Source: Fonticula alba ATCC 38817 (Eukaryota; Protista; Nucleariida). Taken from it: 7,558 bases of DNA. The notes below the pieces were generated by a model, which did not search any database, was not told where the DNA came from, and was given only the letters and a program-made list of their open reading frames with translations. Of this stretch, positions 1 to 6,461 are shown in pieces (the first letter of the stretch is position 1; every line of letters starts with the position of its first letter). The stretch lies in NCBI GenBank assembly GCA_000388065.2, contig KB932215.1. One strand, written 5' to 3'. The position numbers and the translations under genes were made by a program.

Positions 1-257
1 GGGGGGGGGGGGGGGCTTTTTGAAGCCCTGCCGCGGCAGCGAGCAGGCCCGCGCGGTACCAGCGGAAAGGCGAAAGACCCGGAGGAAACAGGGCCGAGGC
101 CTTTCAGGGCGGTGTGCACACGCACCGCCGGCCGCGTGTGCTGCAGAGCGGGTCTTTTCTTTCGCACGCGCGCGCTCGCCGCACCCCCCCCCCCCCCCTC
201 CCGGCCATTGCCCTCCTTTCTGGCGCACTGACACCCGCATCGCCCTCCTCCTGCCAG
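1..257 (+). other. 3' part of a spliceosomal intron of the tRNase Z gene (donor lies outside the window)
   Basis: Ends in CTGAC (branch-like, ~228-232), a pyrimidine run and CCTCCTCCTGCCAG (AG at 256-257). Contains G15 (1-15) and C15 (184-198). Translation of 20-257 has no tRNase Z motif, whereas homology begins right after the AG. Confidence 0.75.
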
Positions 258-1783
258 TGTCGGCCAATCTCCTCACCGTCCACCGGGTGGGGGCCTTCAT
301 GGTTGACTGCGGCGAGGGCACCATCGCCCAGCTGTACCGGACCCTGGTGGCCGGGTCGCAAGCCGAGCTGGCGGCTGGCTTGGGCGGCGAGCCGCCGGCC
401 GCCCCGCCGAGCCCCGGCCCGGGGCACCTTGCCCCGGCCCTGGACGCCGGGTTCCGGCGGCTGGCCCACACGCTGCTCGTGGACTTGCGGGGGGTTTTCA
501 TCACGCACATGCATGCCGACCATCTGCTCGGGGTGCTGCGGCTGCTGGAGGTCCGCGCGCAGCTGCTGGCCCTGCTGGCCGGGCTGGGGATCGGGCCGCG
601 GGACACGGCCCCGGCGGAGGCCGGCTTGCGTGCGCGTGTCCTGCACCTGCTCGGGGTGGACGTCCATCGGACCCCGGGCCGGGTGCTGTGGCGGCCTCTG
701 CCGGTCGTGGGCCCGGCGCATTTGAGCCGCTTCCTGGCCCACTTCCAGGCTCTCTTTGGCGCGGCGGCCCTGTCGCCCTATGCCTACAGCACGAATGCCC
801 TGCTGGTGGAGGAGGCCCTGGTGTTTGGCCAGCCCCTGGGCCCGGCGGCCGGGACCAGCCGGGTGTCCGTGCGCAGTGTCCCGGTCTTCCACTGTCCCCA
901 TGCCTTTGGGTTTGTGTTCACGCATGAGCCCGGGCCCGAGGCCGGGGCGCCATCGGGCCAGGCGCCCGGCGGCCAGTCTGCCTGCGCCTGCGCCGCCAAC
1001 TGCTGGCGGGTGATCTTCTCCGGCGACACCCGGCCCACGGCGGCCCTGGCGCGGGCGGCCCTCGAGCATCCGGCATGCCCGGGCGGCTCCGGCATGCCCG
1101 GGCCCCTGGCGGCCCCCCCCTGTGTCCTGGTGCATGAGGCCACCTTCGATGATACCACCGACAACCTGGTGCACGCGCGGCAGAAGCGCCACTCGACGGC
1201 CCTCGAGGCGCTGGCCGTGGCCACGGCCGGGCAGATGACCGCCTGCGTGCTGACGCACTTCAGCCAGAAGTACAACCGCGACCCGGGGCTGCTGGGGGCG
1301 GCGGTGGTCGCCGCTCAAACCGGCCGGTCCCTGCAGTCCGTGGTCCGGGCCTCCAGCCGGCCAATGGCGGAATTCTCCCTGCCCCTCGGGACCACCATCG
1401 ACCTGGTGGGCCAGCTGCCGGGGGAGTTCGCCGGCCGGGTGCCGGTTGTGGCTGACACCGGTCCCGGCCCGGGCGGGCCCCAATCGCCGGGGGGCGCGAC
1501 GCCCATGGCCCCGGCCTCGGCCGAGGCCGAGGCACCGCCCGCCCTCGGGCCGGATGCCCCGCCGCCCGGGCCGCCCCGCACGGCCGATGGGCGCGCCTTC
1601 GGTGTGGCATTGGCCTTCGACATGATGGTCCTGCGCCAGCAGGATTTGATCCCCCCGCGGCCGGTGGCCACCGACTGCCCGATGGCCGGCTCGCCGCTGG
1701 TCGCCGCCGATGGCCTGGAGCCCATTCGAAGCACCCCGGTCTCGCGCGTGGTCGAGTGCATCGACGCGGTTTTCGGCGTCTAG
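258..1783 (+). CDS. ELAC2: Long-form tRNase Z (ELAC2/Trz1 family, metallo-beta-lactamase fold), terminal exon with the catalytic C-terminal half; 5' partial
   Basis: Motifs in the expected order: (V)SANLL after a phase-1 acceptor (end of PxKxRNVS), VDCGEGT, HMHADH (506-523, HxHxDH), HCPHAFG, WRVIFSGDTRP, VLVHEATF (His at 1133), RHST, THFSQKY (His at 1256), AFDMM (1613), stop TAG at 1781-1783. These parallel recalled ELAC2 motifs LDCGEGT, HLHADH, HCKHAFG, WKVVYSGDT, HEAT, HST, HFSQRY, AFDHM. Confidence 0.92.
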
Positions 1784-1822
1784 CGCATGCCCATACACAT
1801 ACCCAGGCAAATATATAGAAGG

Positions 1823-1840
1823 GCACCCGACGTCGGGTGC
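1823..1840. repeat. Perfect 18-bp palindrome GCACCCGACGTCGGGTGC
   Basis: GCACCCGAC is followed directly by its reverse complement GTCGGGTGC. It lies 40 nt after the tRNase Z stop. Confidence 0.95.
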
Positions 1841-1856
1841 TGTGCGATTGACTTAC

Positions 1857-2072
1857 GTGTGTGTGCGTGTGTGTGCGTGTGTGTGCGTGTGTGTGCGTGT
1901 GTGTGCATGTGTGTGCATGTGTGTGCATGTGTGTGCATGTGTGCTTATATGTGCTTATATGTGCATGTGTGCTTATATGTGCTTATATGTGCTTATATGT
2001 GCATGTGTGCTCGTATGTGCTTATATGTGCATGTGTGCTTGTATGTGCTTATATGTGCTTATATGTGCCTGT
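1857..2072. repeat. Compound tandem array of 10-bp (and 8-bp) GTG-rich units
   Basis: (GTGTGCGTGT)x4 at 1861-1900, (GTGTGCATGT)x4 at 1901-1940, then GTGCTTATAT-type units (variants GTGCTCGTAT, GTGCTTGTAT) interleaved with 8-bp GTGCATGT units up to 2072. Confidence 0.95.
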
Positions 2073-2081
2073 GTATCACCG

Positions 2082-2101
2082 TGCACACTTGCAAGTGTGC
2101 A
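2082..2101. repeat. Perfect 20-bp palindrome TGCACACTTGCAAGTGTGCA
   Basis: Ten consecutive complementary pairs centred on 2091/2092, 10 nt after the end of the array. Confidence 0.95.
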
Positions 2102-2305
2102 TGCCTGCGTGCCCCAGCAACGCATGGGGTCGATGCGCGCGCGTCGGCACAAGGTGCAGACCCCGCGCCAATGGATCAAGGAGGTGCCGGTGCATGCGCA
2201 GGCATGTGCGAGGGTGTATTGTTTGGCTGCTCCTTCTGCTCCCGCACGAAATAATGCACGAAGAGGGGGGAAAGAGGAAGGACAAAGGGGAAGACAAAAG
2301 GTCGA

Positions 2306-4490
2306 TCACTTGAAGGAGCCGGTGAAGGGGTTGGGCTTGGCCGAGGCGGTGACGCCGGAGCCGGCCGCCGGGGTCGCGGCCGAGGAGCCGGCGCCGGAGC
2401 CGAAAGGCGTCGCACCGAAAGGCATGGACGGGCTGGCGGAGGAAGTGCCAAAGACCGGCTTCTTGCTGGCCTGCGACCCGGGCTGGGAGAAGGTCGACCC
2501 AAAGGCAAAGGACCGACTGGCGCCGGAGACCGGCGCCGAGCCGAAGGGCGACTGACTGACCGCGCCGAAGGGCGACGCCAGGCTGCCGCTCGAATCGCTG
2601 CCACCAGGAGACCCGGGATCCTCGGAGTCATCCTCGCCGCTGTCAGACTGGCCCGAGACACTGTCATCGGTGTTCGAGGGGCTGGTCTCGCTGGCGGTCC
2701 CAGCGCTGGCCGGTGACGCGCTGGCCGACTGCGTCGACGACGACACGGCCCCGAATGTGAAGGAGGAGGAGCCGGTGGCTGGCGACGAGCCAAAAACGAA
2801 GCCCCCGGTCGGGGAGGTCGGCTTGCTGGTGCTCTTGTCAGCATCCCCGGTGGCCGGCTCCGTGGGCTTGCCAAAGGCAAAGCCCCCGGCCGGGGCGCTG
2901 CCAAAGGAGAACCCCGACGAAGAGGGCTTGCCGAAGGCNNNNNNNNNNNNNNNNNNNNNNNNNNNNNNNNNNNNNNNNNNNNNNNNNNNNNNNNNNNNNN
3001 NNNNNNNNNNNNNNNNNNNNNNNNNNNNNNNNNNNNNNNNNNNNNNNNNNNNNNNNNNNNNNNNNNNNNNNNNNNNNNNNNNNNNNNNNNNNNNNNNNNN
3101 NNNNNNNNNNNNNNNNNNNNNNNNNNNNNNNNNNNNNNNNNNNNNNNNNNNNNNNNNNNNNNNNNNNNNNNNNNNNNNNNNNNNNNNNNNNNNNNNNNNN
3201 NNNNNNNNNNNNNNNNNNNNNNNNNNNNNNNNNNNNNNNNNNNNNNNNNNNNNNNNNNNNNNNNNNNNNNNNNNNNNNNNNNNNNNNNNNNNNNNNNNNN
3301 NNNNNNNNNNNNNNNNNNNNNNNNNNNNNNNNNNNNNNNNNNNNNNNNNNNNNNNNNNNNNNNNNNNNNNNNNNNNNNNNNNNNNNNNNNNNNNNNNNNN
3401 NNNNNNNNNNNNNNNNNNNNNNNNNNNNNNNNNNNNNNNNNNNNNNNNNNNNNNNNNNNNNNNNNNNNNNNNNNNNNNNNNNNNNNNNNNNNNNNNNNNN
3501 NNNNNNNNNNNNNNNNNNNNNNNNNNNNNNNNNNNNNNNNNNNNNNNNNNNNNNNNNNNNNNNNNNNNNNNNNNNNNNNNNNNNNNNNNNNNNNNNNNNN
3601 NNNNNNNNNNNNNNNNNNNNNNNNNNNNNNNNNNNNNNNNNNNNNNNNNNNNNNNNNNNNNNNNNNNNNNNNNNNNNNNNNNNNNNNNNNNNNNNNNNNN
3701 NNNNNNNNNNNNNNNNNNNNNNNNNNNNNNNNNNNNNNNNNNNNNNNNNNNNNNNNNNNNNNNNNNNNNNNNNNNNNNNNNNNNNNNNNNNNNNNNNNNN
3801 NNNNNNNNNNNNNNNNNNGGGCAAGCCCAGGTGCCGGACGTGTCGATCTTGATGGGGTTGGAGATGGGCGCCACAACCGCGGCCGAGGAAGTCGCAGCAG
3901 GGCCGGCCGCCACCACCGGTGCCTTTTGAGGCGAGGACTGATCGGCGCTGGGCTTGCCGCCGATGGGGAAGCTGCTACCAACAGCTGGCGCCTGATCGGC
4001 GGCCAGCGCGCCAAACGACAACCCGGCCGGCTTGGGCTGAGCCCCGGGGAAACCACCGGCCTCGAGGCCGGGCTTGGCTTCCGGGGCCTTGCCGGTGGCC
4101 GGCGTGGCGAAGCTCAAGCCGCCACCGGTGCTCGGGGGCTTGTCGGCACCGGGGCCGGCGCTGCCGAAAGAGAAGCTGAGCCCGGTGCCCTTGCACGAAG
4201 GGGCACCCTTATCGGCCGGGGCCTTGCCAGCCGCCGCGGGCTGCGCAGCAAAGGAGAACCCGCCCTCCGAGAGGCTGCCCGGCGGGGCAAACGCTTGCAC
4301 CGGGCCAAAGTCGAAGGTCCGCCCGGTGGCAGGGACAATGCTCCCCAGGACCGAGTCGGGCAGGTCCACCGAGAACTTGGGAGGCTCCCCGAAGAAGAAC
4401 TGTCCAGGGGGCAGGGCGGCCGGGACCGACGAGCCAGCGGACATGCCACCCGAGAAGCTGGCGCGAACGGTGTCAGCGGGCCGAACGTGC

Positions 4491-4534
<44 letters not shown>

Positions 4535-5740
4535 GCGCATACACACATAGGCGTGCGTGTGGTCTGCTGGGGGAATGCATCAGAAAGGGCAGCAACGTAC
4601 TCGCTCTTCGGCGCCGGCGGGAAGGTGAAGGCGGACTGGTGCTTGTCGGCCTCGCTCATGACCTTGCTCAGGTTCACCTGGGGGGGGACGAAATCACTGG
4701 ACACCGGCGCCGGGAAGAGGAACTTCCCCTCGTCGGCTGGAGGAGCGGCTGGGGGGGCCTTGGCCGTGGCCGCCGCCGGGACAGTGGCCGGCTGAGTGCC
4801 GCCGGTCGAAGTGGCGATCGGCGCAGCGCCAGGCACCATCGGGGTGCCGGCCTTGGCGGCCATGGCTGCCATGGCCGCGGTCGCGGCCATTCCGGCCGGG
4901 GTCAGCCCGGCGGTCGAGGTGGCCGGCTTCGGAGCCGCGGCCCCGCCAGCGGGGACACCCGGACGAGCGGACTCCGGGGCGGGCCCGGGGACGGAGGTGG
5001 AGCCGGCCGAGCCGGCCACACTGGCGGTGTCGGCCTTCTTGGCCGAGAAGAGCGACGACGGACCGACTGGCTCAGGCTTGGCGCTGGGGACGGTGATTTT
5101 GCCCACGGACGAGGTGCCCATCTTGGGGGCGGTGGCCTTGCTGGCGGCGGGGGTGGGGGCGACCACACGGGCCGATGTCGCGCCGGCAGCGGCGGCAATG
5201 GTTTCCAGCGCGGTCGACTGCGGCATCAGGGCCGAGGGGACCTGATACCCGGCGGAGGAGCTCCGACCGAGCGACCGGATGGAGTACGGCGCCGGGACAA
5301 TGCGCGAGGACATGGGCTGCACGTGAGGCGCACAGGAGGTGCGGACCAGAGGTCAATGGCAATCAAAGCGCGAGGCGGTCTGGCGACCGGGGCCCGGGCA
5401 GCCATGCCCCCGGGTCCGGGGAAGAGGCAGAACGCTGACGCACCATGGCCGGGGTGGCGGTCTCAATTGAGTCCAGGATGATGAGCCCGGTGGTGCTGGA
5501 GAAGCTGGCGCTCGGCGGGACATTCACCAGGACAACGTTGCCCTTGGCCGGGGAGGCCGCGGTCGCCGGGGCCGGGGCAGCGGCCGCCGGGGCAACCGCG
5601 TCGGCATTGGCACCGGCACCGGGCCGGGTTGAACCGAAGTACAGCGGCGCCACGGCAAGTCGCGCCTCGGCATTGCGGGCCACCGGCTTGGAGGCCGGCG
5701 AGCCCGGCTGGACAAACTTCGCGTGCGGTTGATCAAACAT
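2306..5740 (-). CDS. FxFG-repeat nucleoporin, possibly Nup153/Nup1-like; join(5740-5444, 5316-4601, 4457-2306), interrupted by an assembly gap
   Basis: ATG at 5740 (MFDQPHAK). Introns GTGCGT..GCAG (phase 0) and GTACGT..CCAG (phase 2; GA+C=Asp) join the three frames of the ORF track exactly. The product is rich in S/T/A/P/G, with FFFG, FDFG, FSFG, LSFG before the gap and 11 FG dipeptides (FSFG, FAFG, FVFG, FTFG, SPFG, TPFG etc.) in the last ~210 aa. Stop TGA at 2306-2308. About 1054 aa if the gap is fully coding and correctly sized. The subfamily and the true N-terminus are uncertain. Confidence 0.72.
2939..3818. other. Assembly gap (880 N) inside the last nucleoporin exon
   Basis: Run of N. 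The same minus-strand frame is coding-like on both flanks, but the gap length is presumably an estimate. Confidence 0.99.
4458..4600 (-). other. Intron 2 of the nucleoporin gene (143 nt)
   Basis: Donor GTACGT at 4600, GCTGAC branch-like motif about 14 nt before CCAG (AG at 4459-4458), frame-consistent junction, contains a microsatellite. Confidence 0.88.
4485..4549. repeat. Compound (AT)6(AC)15 microsatellite within a 65-bp perfect purine/pyrimidine alternation
   Basis: ACGTGC(AT)6(AC)15GCGCGCATACACACATA read directly from the sequence. Confidence 0.95.
5317..5443 (-). other. Intron 1 of the nucleoporin gene (127 nt)
   Basis: Donor ATG|GTGCGT at 5443 and acceptor GTGCAG at 5317. The phase-0 junction links MFDQ...TPAM to PMSSRIVP and removes the in-frame stop at 5363. 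Confidence 0.8.
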
Positions 5741-6384
5741 GGCCACCGAGCACACTAGAAGGAAAGGAGAGCAAGAGGAGAGAACGACAGGGGAGGGGGG
5801 GGGATGCAGGGGCGAGGGGGGATGGGGAAGCGACGAGCGGGAAGGAGCAAAGGAGGCAGAGAGAGAGAGAAAGAGAGAGGGGGCCCGGCGTGTCGGTGGT
5901 GGGAGCTGGCGGCACCCGCGAGGACGCGGCAGCCAGTTGGTGCACTGGCTCATGTGTGCGAGCGAATGCTCCGAAGGGGGGGGGAGGGCGACGCTGCGCG
6001 GCTCGAGGCGCGACGCGAGGGGCGCCCCGCGTGAACACACCCGCCCCCCCCCCCCCCCTGCGTACAACCCGGGAGATCCCCCCGCACCGCCGAATGCGGG
6101 AGAGCTGCGCGGCACGGCGGGGCGGCGGGAAGCATTGGCACTTGGGATGTGACCAGCAGGCAGACGGTCGGGGACTAAATGCGAGTGTATTGCGTGGGCA
6201 CTTGGGGCAGGATGCGTCCGGAGCCCGCCCCCCTGGACAAGGTGGAGGGGCCAGAACGGGGGGGGGGGAGGGCGCGTGTGGGGCGAAGAACAGACACAGC
6301 GAGGGAGGGAGAGGGGGAAATTTGCACGGGAAGGCGCGCAACACGCAGCAGCAGCGAGAAAAGGGAGGGAATCGGCGCGGCGCC

Positions 6385-6404
6385 GGGGGGGGGGGGGGGG
6401 GGGG
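6385..6404. repeat. G20 homopolymer, one of several non-coding G/C runs
   Basis: Read directly. Others are G15 (1-15), C15 (184-198), C15 (6044-6058), G11 (6258-6268), G9 (5795-5803) and G9 (5976-5984), all outside the inferred exons. Confidence 0.9.
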
Positions 6405-6461
6405 AGGGGGCGCGGGCAGCAGCGCAAGCCACCCCCCACAGGGTGGACCTCTCTCTCTCCT

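Noticed and set aside
20-257. N-terminal 79 aa of the 587-aa ORF as real coding sequence
   Set aside because: It starts at TTG, spans a C15 homopolymer, lacks the expected LGTG/PxKxRN motifs and ends at a good branch point plus acceptor, so it is read as intron.
104-1810. 568-aa antisense ORF and the other overlapping ORFs within the tRNase Z exon
   Set aside because: These are shadows of GC-rich codon usage with few stops; they are Arg/Gly/Pro-rich and show no recognisable domain.
1823-1840. tRNA-like self-substrate for tRNase Z in its own 3' UTR
   Set aside because: Only a 7-bp stem with a 4-nt loop is present, with no T-arm, cloverleaf or other tRNA hallmark.
1823-2101. CRISPR array or MITE interpretation of the palindromes and repeats
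   Set aside because: There are no unique spacers between identical repeats, the two palindromes differ from each other so they are not terminal inverted repeats, and I see no target-site duplication.
2076-2309. Extra terminal nucleoporin exon using GTGATC across the stop codon as a donor
   Set aside because: GTGATC does not match the local GT(A/G)CG(T/C) donors, and the resulting peptide has no FG repeats or basic tail.
1710-2555. Cys-rich ORFs (CVCVCV, CAYMC) at 1710-2555, 1787-2254 and 1861-2313 as metallothionein-like proteins
   Set aside because: They are direct translations of the tandem array in three frames, and their tails are antisense to the nucleoporin.
2939-3818. Frame continuity across the N-run as proof of an uninterrupted exon
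   Set aside because: Gap lengths are usually estimates, and frame agreement occurs one time in three by chance.
3926-5732. Plus-strand ORFs (3926-4795, 4639-5481, 4796-5245, 5445-5732 and others)
   Set aside because: They are antisense shadows of the nucleoporin exons, run through its introns and microsatellite, and carry no domain signal.
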